From NCBI GenBank assembly GCA_041548245.1, contig JBFESZ010000002.1, forward strand, positions 3,502-67,501: a stretch of DNA of 64,000 nt, in the 5' to 3' direction. Both the position numbers and the translations under genes were made by a program. The notes below the pieces were generated by a model. The model was given only the letters and a program-made list of their open reading frames with translations. It did not search any database and was not told where the DNA came from. Source of the stretch: Sulfurimonadaceae bacterium (GTDB taxonomy: Bacteria > Campylobacterota > Campylobacteria > Campylobacterales > Sulfurimonadaceae). Below, piece after piece: positions 34,921 to 45,686 of the stretch; the first letter of the stretch is position 1, and every line of letters begins with the position of its first letter.

Positions 34921-35366
34921 TGCTAGAGTTGTTTGATGGACCGGTTCCAGTCGAGCAGACACTTGCACGCTGGTATCAGGAAGAAGCAAATAGTAATTAT
35001 GGAGCATTTATCCCTTTTATAGGGACTATCCGTGATGAGGATGGCATATCGGGACTGAGTTTTGATATTTATGAGCCTATACTTGAGTCTTGGTATGATG
35101 CCTGGGTTTTAAAAGCCAAGCAATCAGGTGCTATTTTAAAGATGGCACACTCACGCGGTGATGTGCCGCTTCATCAATCTTCATATATTGCTGCGGTATT
35201 TTCACCTAAACGTCGTGTAGCTTTAGAAATGATTAATGAGTTTGTCGAAGATTTCAAAGCGAGTGCCCCGATATGGAAGTATGACTTGATTGATGGAAAA
35301 CGAATTTATGCAAAAGAGCGTTCGACTGCGATCGCAGGCAGTGGGCTTTTAAAGGTTGCTAAATGA
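34920..35366 (+). CDS. moaE: Molybdopterin synthase catalytic subunit
   Basis: GAF(I)PFIGT(I)RD and APIWK motifs. ATG 34920 overlaps the moaD TGA (TGATG); the track ORF starts at GTG 34908. Confidence 0.85.
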   Translation: MLELFDGPVPVEQTLARWYQEEANSNYGAFIPFIGTIRDEDGISGLSFDIYEPILESWYDAWVLKAKQSGAILKMAHSRGDVPLHQSSYIAAVFSPKRRVALEMINEFVEDFKASAPIWKYDLIDGKRIYAKERSTAIAGSGLLKVAK

Positions 35367-36568
35367 TCTCATATGAAGAATCAATGACTCAACTCTCAGC
35401 GGTTGAGATAGAAACAACGGCAACAGAAAGAGTTTTTTTATCAGATGCGCTTGGCCGAATTTTGGCTGAAGACATTGTTGCCCAGGAGAACTCACCTTTA
35501 TACCCGACATCGGCTATGGATGGTTATGCGATTTTGGCTGAAGATCAGCAGGTTGGAAAGATTCAGGTTCTTGGTGATAATCCTGCTGGTGCAGAGCAGA
35601 TCGCTGAAGTGACCCCTGGTTTCTGTATTAAAACATTTACGGGTTCATTAATGCCTTCTGGAGCGGACACGCTCATACCTATTGAAAATGTGACATTTCA
35701 AGAAGACTCTATCATCATCAATGAAGAGGTGCCTCAGGGTTTTAGTGTAAGACCTGTAGGAGAGAATTTTAAAGAGGGGGATATCCTTGTCAAGAAGGGA
35801 ACAAAACTTGGGTATGCAGAGATAGGTGTATTGGCCAGTTTAAATGTCGTGATGGCACCTGTCTTTATAAAACCGCGTGTTGCTGTCCTTTCTACAGGTT
35901 CCGAGATACTTGATCTTGGTGAAACAGCGGTGTATGCTTCACAGATTCGCTCATCCAACAACTATACGCTGGCAGCTTTGGCACAGCAGTGTGGTGCTTC
36001 AGCAGTTCAGTTGGGAATCGTTAAAGATGATGAAGCTTCTATTACACAGGCTTTCGATAATGCTCTAAACTCTGCAGATATTATCGTGACAACCGGTGGT
36101 GTGAGTGTGGGTGATTATGACTTCGTCAAAGATATTATTCCGCGTCTTGGGGCGGAAGTTATCTATAAAGGGGTGAGAATAAAGCCCGGACAGCATATCA
36201 TGCTGGCAAAAAAAGGCAATAAGTTTATTATCGGTCTACCTGGCTTTGCTTTCTCTTCGACAGTGACCTTTATGCTTTATGTCATCCCTATTATCCGCCG
36301 AATGCTTTCACAAGAAGCCGGGCTTGAAGAGGTTGAGGCAGTGTTAATGCAGGACTTTAACAAGCGGGCTAAGAAGACAGAATTTACACCATGTAATCTT
36401 GTCTATGCCAATGGAAGATATGAGGTCGATTTTATAGGCAAGAAAATCGGCTCATCCGCTATTTTGACCAATATGCTCGGTCCGTGTGCGCTTGCCGTAA
36501 CAGGGGAAGATGCCTCTTCACTTAAAAAGGGTGATAAGATTGATGTTATCAATCTCTTAAACCTGTAG
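35363..36568 (+). CDS. moeA: Molybdopterin molybdotransferase
   Basis: SP.YP.SAMDGYA, TGGVSVGDYD and GLPG(F) motifs. 401 aa. ATGA overlap with moaE. Confidence 0.9.
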   Translation: MISYEESMTQLSAVEIETTATERVFLSDALGRILAEDIVAQENSPLYPTSAMDGYAILAEDQQVGKIQVLGDNPAGAEQIAEVTPGFCIKTFTGSLMPSGADTLIPIENVTFQEDSIIINEEVPQGFSVRPVGENFKEGDILVKKGTKLGYAEIGVLASLNVVMAPVFIKPRVAVLSTGSEILDLGETAVYASQIRSSNNYTLAALAQQCGASAVQLGIVKDDEASITQAFDNALNSADIIVTTGGVSVGDYDFVKDIIPRLGAEVIYKGVRIKPGQHIMLAKKGNKFIIGLPGFAFSSTVTFMLYVIPIIRRMLSQEAGLEEVEAVLMQDFNKRAKKTEFTPCNLVYANGRYEVDFIGKKIGSSAILTNMLGPCALAVTGEDASSLKKGDKIDVINLLNL

Positions 36569-36675
36569 TTTCCATCTCTTTTGCCCTTTCATAGGGAAAA
36601 ATCATAAAGTGCTTCATTATTGTCAATCATTATGAGTGGATTTGTAATATTGTGTGGTACTTAAAAAAGTGTAGA

Positions 36676-36700
36676 TTTATCAAAGCAGTGCTTTGATAAA
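36676..36700. terminator. Palindromic hairpin between convergent moeA and MFS genes (putative bidirectional terminator)
   Basis: TTTATCAAAGCA-G-TGCTTTGATAAA, perfect 12-nt arms. On the minus strand it is followed after 8 nt by TTTTTT. Confidence 0.5.
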
Positions 36701-36712
36701 GTGTGGTGATCT

Positions 36713-38044
36713 TTAGATGCAGATTTTAGATTTTAAGGCTTCTTCATCTATCTCATCTTTACGGTATTTGATGACGACAAGATCTTCTGTCTCATTGATA
36801 TACCATTCAGCAATAGCATCATGCTCTAATGCCTCAAGTTTTTCCATGTTTACACTTGGCGTCGATGTATAGAAGTGTGCATGTTTGATAGGGTTTGAAA
36901 GCTTCAAGGCTGTCCATACTAGCCAAAGTACGCCAACTCCGGCAAGACTCAGGCCAAGCATACTTCTATCTGTGTAGTCCAACATCAGACCTGCAAATGT
37001 TCCTCCGATGAATGTCATGAGGTAAGCAGCTGTATTGGAAATACCAAGGGCAGCACCTTTTTGATGTACCTTCGCATATTTGGAGATAATAGACTGTACC
37101 AGTGGTTCCATCATATTAAAACCGATAAAGAAACTGACGACACCGACAATAAATAGTGTAGAGGATGTTGTTAGACCCATCAGTAAAAAGGAGACGATAA
37201 AAAGGACAATAGAGACCAGAAAGATCTGCTTTGCTTTGTTATGTTTCTCACCAAAGACAGCTGCCGGTCCCATGGCTACAAGTCCCAATACCATGGCCGG
37301 AAGGTAGACCATCCACAGTTCGGATTTCTGCCATGCAAAGCCACCCTTTTCAACTGAACCTGTCATAATAAGTGGAATAAGGACAAAAGCAATAGTCATT
37401 AAACCTTTTTGCATTCCATTAAGAATAAACATACCCAAAAGGTTATTGTCTTTGAAAATGTCTTTTGTTTTGATCTTGTTATGATAGATATGATGAATAC
37501 GTGGTGGAGTCGGTACTTTTACAAAGACCAGTACAATAGCCAATACGGCCATAGCTGCGGTGATCCAAAACAGAGAGGCAACACCGTATGAAGCACCGAT
37601 AACTGGACCGAGTCCCATCGCGAGTGCAAAGCTTAGCGCGATAGAACCACCCATCATCGCCATCGCTTTACCACGTGACTCTTCCGGGACAAGGTCTGAT
37701 ATCATTGCCGGGATTACAGAACCGATAGCACCGGCACCCTGTAAGAAACGTCCAAGCATCAATACCCAGATATCATTACTGATCGCACATAGAACAGAAC
37801 CGGCTAAAAAGACAAGAAGGCCGAATACGAGAGTCGGTTTACGCCCTATCTTGTCACTGATACTTCCAAAGGGGACTTGAAAAACGGCCTGAGTCAGTGC
37901 ATACCCACCGACAATAATACCGACTAAAAGTGCTGTTGCTCCTTCCATACCCATTGCATATACGGATAAGATTGGCAGAACGAGAAAAAGACCCAAGAAA
38001 CGCAATGCAAGGATTGCAGAGAGTGGCCATATTGTTTTAAACAT
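36713..38044 (-). CDS. MFS transporter with ~60-aa soluble C-terminal extension
   Basis: 12 predicted helices and the MFS loop motif GSISDKIGRKP between TM2 and TM3. 443 aa. Confidence 0.85.
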   Translation of the reverse strand: MFKTIWPLSAILALRFLGLFLVLPILSVYAMGMEGATALLVGIIVGGYALTQAVFQVPFGSISDKIGRKPTLVFGLLVFLAGSVLCAISNDIWVLMLGRFLQGAGAIGSVIPAMISDLVPEESRGKAMAMMGGSIALSFALAMGLGPVIGASYGVASLFWITAAMAVLAIVLVFVKVPTPPRIHHIYHNKIKTKDIFKDNNLLGMFILNGMQKGLMTIAFVLIPLIMTGSVEKGGFAWQKSELWMVYLPAMVLGLVAMGPAAVFGEKHNKAKQIFLVSIVLFIVSFLLMGLTTSSTLFIVGVVSFFIGFNMMEPLVQSIISKYAKVHQKGAALGISNTAAYLMTFIGGTFAGLMLDYTDRSMLGLSLAGVGVLWLVWTALKLSNPIKHAHFYTSTPSVNMEKLEALEHDAIAEWYINETEDLVVIKYRKDEIDEEALKSKICI

Positions 38045-38104
38045 ATAAATAACCTACCTTTGTTAAAATACGGCATTATAATAGAAAGATTTTAAGGTAA
38101 CTTA

Positions 38105-38710
38105 ATGAAATTAGTTTTAGCGACATCGAATAAGGGGAAGGTAAGAGAGATTACTGCCATGTACAGTGACTTTGAAGTTGTCCCTTACAGTGACTTGATA
38201 GAGCCTTTTGAGATCATTGAAGATCAGCCGGACTTTAAGGGAAACGCTTTGATTAAAGCACGAGCTGTCTATCAGGCCTTGGGCGATGAGGAAGCTATTG
38301 TCTTCTCGGATGATAGCGGGATAAATGTTGAAGCCCTAGACGGAGAGCCTGGTGTTCTTTCTGCACGTTACGGGGGGCCGGATGCTACGGATAAGGATAA
38401 TCTTTACAAGCTTATGGATGCCGTTAAGGCAAAAGGGCTGGAAAGTTCACCAGCCTTTTACACAGCCGCTATAGCGATCGTATCGAAAGAGGGTGAGTAT
38501 ACGACACATGGATGGCTGCATGGAGATGTGATAACAGAACCACGAGGTGAAAAAGGGTTCGGATATGACCCGTGCTTTATCCCCAAAGGATATGATAAGA
38601 CCTTGGGTGAACTGGATGATTCGATTAAATCTAAACTTTCACACCGTTCGCAAGCTCTGGCCAATGCCAAACCTGTTTTAGAGTTGATCAAGATGATGAG
38701 AGAGAAGTAA
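38105..38710 (+). CDS. rdgB: Non-canonical purine NTP pyrophosphatase (RdgB/HAM1 family)
   Basis: ATSNKGKVRE, DDSG, GFGYDP(C)F and SHR motifs. 201 aa. Confidence 0.9.
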   Translation: MKLVLATSNKGKVREITAMYSDFEVVPYSDLIEPFEIIEDQPDFKGNALIKARAVYQALGDEEAIVFSDDSGINVEALDGEPGVLSARYGGPDATDKDNLYKLMDAVKAKGLESSPAFYTAAIAIVSKEGEYTTHGWLHGDVITEPRGEKGFGYDPCFIPKGYDKTLGELDDSIKSKLSHRSQALANAKPVLELIKMMREK

Positions 38711-39024
38711 GAGGATATATAGCGATACAAAGAAGTTTGCATGCGCGCTGAGTGTAAAGGGCAAGCCCCTTACACATAGTTTATAATATTTTTTTACTGA
38801 ACGCGTAAAAATAGGATTCAAGTGATTGAGAAATGCGCTCTAGTGTATTAAGTGCTTTTAATGGCATCTTTAATCCTTTTTTTGGGCTTTGTCTAAAGAT
38901 AGTCGCAAAGCGATCATCCCAGCTCACTAAGAGCTACCCATAGAAAATAAAAAGCAAAAAATATTCCAAAGCTAGGGATACTTCCTTCTAAGGGAAGAGA
39001 GTCTATTAGGGAAAGTTGTTTGAA

Positions 39025-39795
39025 TCAGAGTTCTACACCAAACAACCCAAACAGTATACCCGAAGCGATCAGATAGATTCCAAAGGGGGTGAAGTTGTAT
39101 TTGGATACCAACGCTAAAAAACTCTTTACAGCTGCCCAGCCTACTACAAACGATACGATAAAGCCAAGCAGGATGAAAGCAAGATTGTCAAATGAAAGGG
39201 CGTTATACTCTTTTAACAGTGTATAGCCAGAAGCTGCTGTCATCGTAGGAATGGCTAATAGAAATGAGAAACTCATAGCCGTTTCGCGTTTCATCCCCAA
39301 GAGCATTCCTCCAAGTATGGTACTCCCGGAGCGTGAGACACCTGGGATTAAAGAGAGGGCTTGAATAAAACCGACACAGACAGCCTGTTTATAGGTGACA
39401 TCTTCGAGACTTTCTGTCGTATGACCCTTCTTGGTATATAAAAACTCAACGATCAAGAAGAAGATACCGGTAGCGATCATCCACAAGATGATACTGTTTG
39501 ATGAGAACATCTCTTCTATCTGCTTATGAAATAAAAGACCTATAGCTCCGGTAGGTATAAATGAAGCGATCAGTTTTTTCCAAATATCAAGACTCTGCAA
39601 AAGCGTATGGGAATAGATAAACATGACGGAAAAGATGGGAGCGATCTGAATAATGATATTAAACGAATAGATAAAGTCATTTTGGGGCATTCCCATCATC
39701 TGAGAGGCAAGTGCTATATGCGCTGTCGATGAGACAGGCAAAAATTCGGTTACACCTTCGACAATTCCTAAAATAGTGGCTTCATACAGTGTCAT
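39025..39795 (-). CDS. uppP: Undecaprenyl-diphosphate phosphatase
   Basis: EGVTEFLPVSST(A)H and PGVSRSG(S)T signatures of BacA/UppP. 256 aa. Confidence 0.9.
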   Translation of the reverse strand: MTLYEATILGIVEGVTEFLPVSSTAHIALASQMMGMPQNDFIYSFNIIIQIAPIFSVMFIYSHTLLQSLDIWKKLIASFIPTGAIGLLFHKQIEEMFSSNSIILWMIATGIFFLIVEFLYTKKGHTTESLEDVTYKQAVCVGFIQALSLIPGVSRSGSTILGGMLLGMKRETAMSFSFLLAIPTMTAASGYTLLKEYNALSFDNLAFILLGFIVSFVVGWAAVKSFLALVSKYNFTPFGIYLIASGILFGLFGVEL

Positions 39796-39883
39796 ACTTA
39801 TCCTTGAAACGGTTTAAAGTGCAAGCATAACAAATTAAGAGTTATACTTTGGTGATGCGCTTTGCGATCTTAAAGAACAGATG

Positions 39884-40513
39884 CTATTGTTTTTTTGCTG
39901 TGACAAGAAAAATTGGAAATTCGGCATCGTCTTTTTTAACGGTATAGGCTGTGATGAACTCTATTGATCCGAAGCCGGCATTGGTGAGCAGTTGTGTAAA
40001 ACTTTCCCTATTAAAACCCAAGTGGTATACGCCCTCCGTCCCTTCCGGGTGAAAACTTCCGTTCTCCGCGTCTAAATCGGCCAAGGCAATAGAAGCACCA
40101 GGTTTTAAATGTCGGGCAAAACTTTTCAATAATGCCAAGGTGTCTTCTACATGATGCATGGCCATAGCACTGATTATAAGATCAAACTCTTTCTCAAGAG
40201 GTTGATGCAAGATGTCCTGACAAAAAGTGGTAACCTTGTTTTTCAATTCGGCCTTAGCTACTAGTCTCTCAAGCATCGCTTCGGATATGTCTACAGCCGT
40301 GATATTTTTGACCAGCGGAACGACATGTGCGCTCAGCAGGCCTGTCCCTGCTCCAAAATCCAAGACTTCCATCTGCGAATGAAGCTTGACACGGCTGATA
40401 AGAGCTGGCCCGATATTTTGGCTTAATTGCTGTGGAATAGTCTGTATATCCCAATCTTGTGCCTTTTTTTGAAAGAGGTCATCCATATCGTTACCTGTAA
40501 TTGATTTTTGCAT
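39884..40513 (-). CDS. Class I SAM-dependent methyltransferase
   Basis: Motif I VLDFGAGTGLL, and the post-I acidic residue in AVDISE. 209 aa. Confidence 0.75.
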   Translation of the reverse strand: MQKSITGNDMDDLFQKKAQDWDIQTIPQQLSQNIGPALISRVKLHSQMEVLDFGAGTGLLSAHVVPLVKNITAVDISEAMLERLVAKAELKNKVTTFCQDILHQPLEKEFDLIISAMAMHHVEDTLALLKSFARHLKPGASIALADLDAENGSFHPEGTEGVYHLGFNRESFTQLLTNAGFGSIEFITAYTVKKDDAEFPIFLVTAKKQ

Positions 40514-40697
40514 TATTATACTTGAACAGAGTGCTGTGTTTCAATGGGTTGTTACGTTAATCATCAAATTTTAAAAAGTAATAGGTGTGATTTATCATCT
40601 TCTAACAAAGCTTCCGCTATAATTGCGCCCGTATGTTTAAAAAATGGGTTGAGTGACCCCTCTTTTAAATTTACACAGACCTATATGAAGGAAGCAC

Positions 40698-41813
40698 ATG
40701 CTACTTTTTACACCGGGGCCAACCCCAGTTCCAGAATCCATCCGTTTAGCAATGGCAGAACCTACACTTCACCACCGTACACCGGAGTTTGAAGCAATCT
40801 TTGAAGAGACGCGAAAAGAGTTGTTTAAGCTTTTTAAGACAGATGAGGTCGTAATGCTTGCGACAAGTGGTACGGGTGCTATGGAGGCAGCTGTAATCAA
40901 TCTTTGTCACGATACACTGTTAAATGTCAATGCCGGGAAGTTCGGTGAGCGTTTTGGTAAGATCGCGCAGGCAAACGGGTTGAAAAACGTAGAACTCAAA
41001 TATGAGTGGAACACGCCGACAAGCGTAGAAGACGTACTAGAAGCATTAGAGAAAAACCCTTCTATCGATGCGATTGCTGTTCAGATCTCTGAATCTGCCG
41101 GCGTGCTCCGTCATCCGGTTGAAGAAATAGCCCAAGCTGTTAAGAAGGTCCGTCCCGAAGTGATGATCATCGCAGATGGTATTACGGCGATCGGTGTAGA
41201 GAAGATAGATGTGACGAATATTGATGCTGTACTTGCCGGAAGTCAAAAAGCCTTGATGCTCCCTCCGGGTCTTGCTATTCTTGGTCTAAGTAATGCAGCG
41301 ATTGAAAAGACCGGTGCAGGCAAAGGGTATTATCTCAATCTTGCGACTGAAATCAAAAAGCAGAGAGAAAACACAACAGCATGGACAGCGGCGACTACGC
41401 TTACCATTGGATTAAACGCCGTCCTAAAAGAGATCGATGCTCAAGGTGGTTTAGACAAGCTCTATAAAGAAACGGCTGCACGCGCTGTCGCAACACAAGG
41501 AGCTTTAAGTGCGCTGGGTCTTCATATCTATCCGACTACTCCTGCAAAATCGATGACAACGATTGATGATGAGCATGCTTCAGAGATCAGAAATATATTG
41601 AAAAAAGATTATGAAGTCAACGTTGCCGGCGGCCAGGATGGCTTAAAAGGTAAAATTTTCCGTATTAACCAGATGGGGCTTATCAAGCCGTATGAGTCCG
41701 CATGGGTCGTCAATGCGGTAGAACTTGCATTGGCCAAACTTAACCGACGTGCTTATGATGGTACAGCGAACAAAGTGTTTAACGAACTTTATTTCAAAGC
41801 ATTGGAAGACTAA
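40698..41813 (+). CDS. Class V pyridoxal-phosphate aminotransferase (serine-pyruvate / alanine-glyoxylate / SerC-like)
   Basis: MLLFTPGPTPVP start, SGTGAMEA, and SQKALM(L)PPG (PLP-Lys region). 371 aa. Confidence 0.82.
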   Translation: MLLFTPGPTPVPESIRLAMAEPTLHHRTPEFEAIFEETRKELFKLFKTDEVVMLATSGTGAMEAAVINLCHDTLLNVNAGKFGERFGKIAQANGLKNVELKYEWNTPTSVEDVLEALEKNPSIDAIAVQISESAGVLRHPVEEIAQAVKKVRPEVMIIADGITAIGVEKIDVTNIDAVLAGSQKALMLPPGLAILGLSNAAIEKTGAGKGYYLNLATEIKKQRENTTAWTAATTLTIGLNAVLKEIDAQGGLDKLYKETAARAVATQGALSALGLHIYPTTPAKSMTTIDDEHASEIRNILKKDYEVNVAGGQDGLKGKIFRINQMGLIKPYESAWVVNAVELALAKLNRRAYDGTANKVFNELYFKALED

Positions 41814-41815
41814 CG

Positions 41816-42676
41816 ATGATGTTAGAACACGAGATTCCTTCGGGAACAAAGTTGTATTTTGGCAATAGTGCCAAGATCAAACGTGAGATCGAAGCGACTG
41901 CAAGTGATGTACTTTATTCAGCAGGTTATGAAGAATTAATTACACCACTTTTCTCGTACCATCAACATCTCAGTATTGCTGATGAAAAAGAATTGATCCG
42001 TGTCAATGATACACAAAATTATCAATTGACGCTCAGAGCTGATTCGACTATCGATGTGGTCCGTCTTCTTGACAAACGCCTGGGACGTAATACGACACAC
42101 CAGAAATGGTTTTATATTCAGCCTATCTATATGTATCCTTCCAAGGAGATCTATCAGATCGGAGCCGAATACATAGGTGAGAAAAATCTCTCGACTGTGC
42201 TGCAGTCGACGATCGATATCGTTAATGCTTTAGAGATTAAACCGCTTTTGCAGATCTCGAATATTCGTATTCCTCAGCTGATATCAAAAGAGCTGGGGAT
42301 AGATTTGGATGATTTTAAACATATCAATATCCAAAAGCTTCTGGATCACAAAGTCTCTTGGTTGAAAGATGTTATCTACCTTGAAAAACTTGAAGAGATC
42401 GATGCGGTAATAGAAGCTGTTCCTGAAGTGATCAAGCATGAACTTAGACGTATGAAGGAACTGGCGAATAATATCGAATATGACAATTTTGTTCTTGCTC
42501 CGCTTTATTATGCGAAGATGCTTTATTATGATGAGCTTTATTTCCGTATGATTGATAAGAATGATGTCTTTGCTAGGGGCGGACGTTATGTAAATGATGA
42601 TGTGACTTCGGTAGGATTCGCACTTTACACAGATAAAATAATAGAAAAAATAGAAGAGACAAAAGGTAATAAGTAA
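41816..42676 (+). CDS. hisZ: ATP phosphoribosyltransferase regulatory subunit-like (HisZ, short form)
   Basis: The class-II aaRS-like N-terminus (PSGTKLYFG..A..KREIE......AGYEELITP.F) resembles HisZ. Position immediately upstream of purA, with a 0-nt gap. Confidence 0.55.
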   Translation: MMLEHEIPSGTKLYFGNSAKIKREIEATASDVLYSAGYEELITPLFSYHQHLSIADEKELIRVNDTQNYQLTLRADSTIDVVRLLDKRLGRNTTHQKWFYIQPIYMYPSKEIYQIGAEYIGEKNLSTVLQSTIDIVNALEIKPLLQISNIRIPQLISKELGIDLDDFKHINIQKLLDHKVSWLKDVIYLEKLEEIDAVIEAVPEVIKHELRRMKELANNIEYDNFVLAPLYYAKMLYYDELYFRMIDKNDVFARGGRYVNDDVTSVGFALYTDKIIEKIEETKGNK

Positions 42677-43924
<1,248 letters not shown>

Positions 43925-44006
43925 TCTCAAAAAGGAAAGATATGTACTGCAAGGTGATACTCTTTCCTTCTTCCAAAAGGCAAAGCCGTATAGAAAGGCT
44001 AAAACC

Positions 44007-44423
44007 TTGAAAACACAATATACTGCTCTTGTTAAAATCAAAAAAGACCGTTTGGACATGATGGAAAAATCTGTTCAGTCCTGTCATCAGACGATTAAGA
44101 TCATAAAAGAGAAGATAGAAGCCTCTTATGATGAATTGCGCACGATGGATATACCGACAAACGGGAATTTTTCTCTCTTTAGACAGATGCAGCTGCTGAA
44201 ACATAGAGTCCAAGATGAAATACAATTCAATAAGCATAACCTTGTAGTGGCTGAAAATGCATTGATAAAAGCAATGCAACAGCTCAAAACTGCTAACATA
44301 GAACATGAAAAGTTCAAATACCTTGAAACGAATGAAATAGAAAAAACTCTCAAAGTACAAAGACGCAAAGAAGCAAAAGAGCTTGATGAGGTCGCGTTGA
44401 TGGCTTTTAATAGGAAAGATTGA
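44007..44423 (+). CDS. fliJ: FliJ-like flagellar export chaperone
   Basis: About 138-aa all-helical protein, MKTQYTALVKIKKDRL..., with the FliJ-like heptad pattern. Start proposed at TTG 44007 (AAAGG SD 8 nt upstream). The track ORF (from 43875) overlaps purA by 50 nt, which is implausible. An ATG alternative lies further downstream (MMEKS). Confidence 0.5.
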   Translation: MKTQYTALVKIKKDRLDMMEKSVQSCHQTIKIIKEKIEASYDELRTMDIPTNGNFSLFRQMQLLKHRVQDEIQFNKHNLVVAENALIKAMQQLKTANIEHEKFKYLETNEIEKTLKVQRRKEAKELDEVALMAFNRKD

Positions 44424-44944
44424 TGCCAAAACTTTTAGCAGCATTGACGTGTATGTTCTTTTTGAGTATCAGCCTGCAGGCAAAAAGTGAACTCTATGAT
44501 TGTACAAAAGTTTTTGAAGAGCGCAAGCAGGAATTGATTCTTGAATTGGAGCGTATCGATGAGCAAGAACAGGCCCTTAATGCACTAAAAGAAGCAACTG
44601 AAGAATTGCTTAAGAAGAAAGAAGCCAAGCTGGAAGAAAAAGAGCAGAAGCTCAATGCACAGGAGGCCGATCTTAAGAATCGGGAAGAAGAAGTCGCTAA
44701 AAAACTCAAGAAAAACGAAGAGGTACTGAAGGCGCTCAAAGAGCAGAAGATGGATAAAGTGGCACAGACCTATGCAAAGATGAAAGCTGCATCTGCAGCT
44801 GATATCTTAAGCAAGTTGAAGCCCGAAGAGGCCAGTGAAATCTTAACGACATTAAAGCCCAAGACCATGGCCAAGATACTAGGAAAGATGGATGCGGCAA
44901 AAGCCTCAGAGATGACTACCTTGATGAATAAAATAGAGCAGTAG
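44420..44944 (+). CDS. Periplasmic coiled-coil protein with MgtE_N/FliG-like C-terminal repeat (MotE / Cj1496c-like, motility-associated)
   Basis: Signal peptide, a Lys/Glu-rich coiled coil, and a C-terminal KMKAASAADILSKLKPEEASEILTTLKPKTMAKILGKMD repeat typical of MgtE_N-type domains. ATGA overlap with the fliJ-like gene. Confidence 0.6.
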   Translation: MMPKLLAALTCMFFLSISLQAKSELYDCTKVFEERKQELILELERIDEQEQALNALKEATEELLKKKEAKLEEKEQKLNAQEADLKNREEEVAKKLKKNEEVLKALKEQKMDKVAQTYAKMKAASAADILSKLKPEEASEILTTLKPKTMAKILGKMDAAKASEMTTLMNKIEQ

Positions 44945-45134
44945 AATTAAATTTTAGATACGTAAGAGAGATGTAGCTGTCTTTTTTTTTAAAAGACATT
45001 TATCACGAGTGAATATCTATGAGGAGAATATGATCAAAGAGTGAATGTATAGACTTTCACTTTGCTCTTATCTAATGAAATATTTACCTTAAATAGGATA
45101 GAATCACAAAATTTATAACACAAAAGGCGCTTCG

Positions 45135-45686
45135 ATGAAGATAAAACTGCAGCATACACCTCTGATTGCACAACGGGTAGCGATTGAACTGAACAAAAGT
45201 GGTCTTGTCAAGATGACCAGAGGTCTGGAACCTGTTGCAGAAGAAGCACGTAAAGTACTGGTTGAGAGTATCAAAAAAGAAGCAGCGCTTGAAGAGAAAG
45301 TGAATGAGATTCTAGAAGCAAACGAAGATGCGATGGATGAGCAGAATGTCGATGACAGACAGCTTTTCTTTATGATCAAAAAGAAACTTGCTCCTGAATA
45401 TGGTGTCATTCTCTCTTATGATGATAGATTCTCAGACCTTGCACATAAGATCCTTGATGAGCTTTATGAGGAAGACCTTATCCATTTTGATATCGAAGAG
45501 ATTCGAATCAAAAATATTATTTTTGCTGCAATGACAAACTTTATTGCAGACAACGACGCTATCGAAGATGCAGTATATGAGAAGATTAAATCATACAAAC
45601 GAAAGATCATTCCAGGAACGGATGACTACGAGATACTGTTTGAAAAACTTTATCGTGAAGAGTTGACAAGAAGAGGCTTGGCGTAA
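45135..45686 (+). CDS. DUF507-like hypothetical protein
   Basis: 183-aa acidic, helical protein. Its position directly upstream of carA (stop/start overlap) is as I recall for DUF507 genes in Campylobacter. Family name is from memory. Confidence 0.5.
   Translation: MKIKLQHTPLIAQRVAIELNKSGLVKMTRGLEPVAEEARKVLVESIKKEAALEEKVNEILEANEDAMDEQNVDDRQLFFMIKKKLAPEYGVILSYDDRFSDLAHKILDELYEEDLIHFDIEEIRIKNIIFAAMTNFIADNDAIEDAVYEKIKSYKRKIIPGTDDYEILFEKLYREELTRRGLA

Noticed and set aside
38711-39024. Hidden tRNA, tmRNA or SRP RNA gene in the long rdgB-uppP spacer
   Set aside because: I could not find a cloverleaf-compatible acceptor or T-arm, a GTTCGAATC-like T-loop, or the SRP domain IV motif. Only a short hairpin and a speculative micro-ORF are present; the micro-ORF is reported separately at low confidence.
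40544-40792. 82-aa plus-strand ORF upstream of and overlapping the aminotransferase start
   Set aside because: It overlaps the conserved MLLFTPGPTPVP N-terminus in another frame. It has no SD and no recognisable features.
45007-45061. Direct repeat GAGTGAAT (45007 and 45039) and a short stem AGTGAA/TTCACT upstream of the DUF507-carA genes
   Set aside because: The matches are 6-8 nt in an AT-rich spacer and are expected by chance. There is no supporting structure or ORF.
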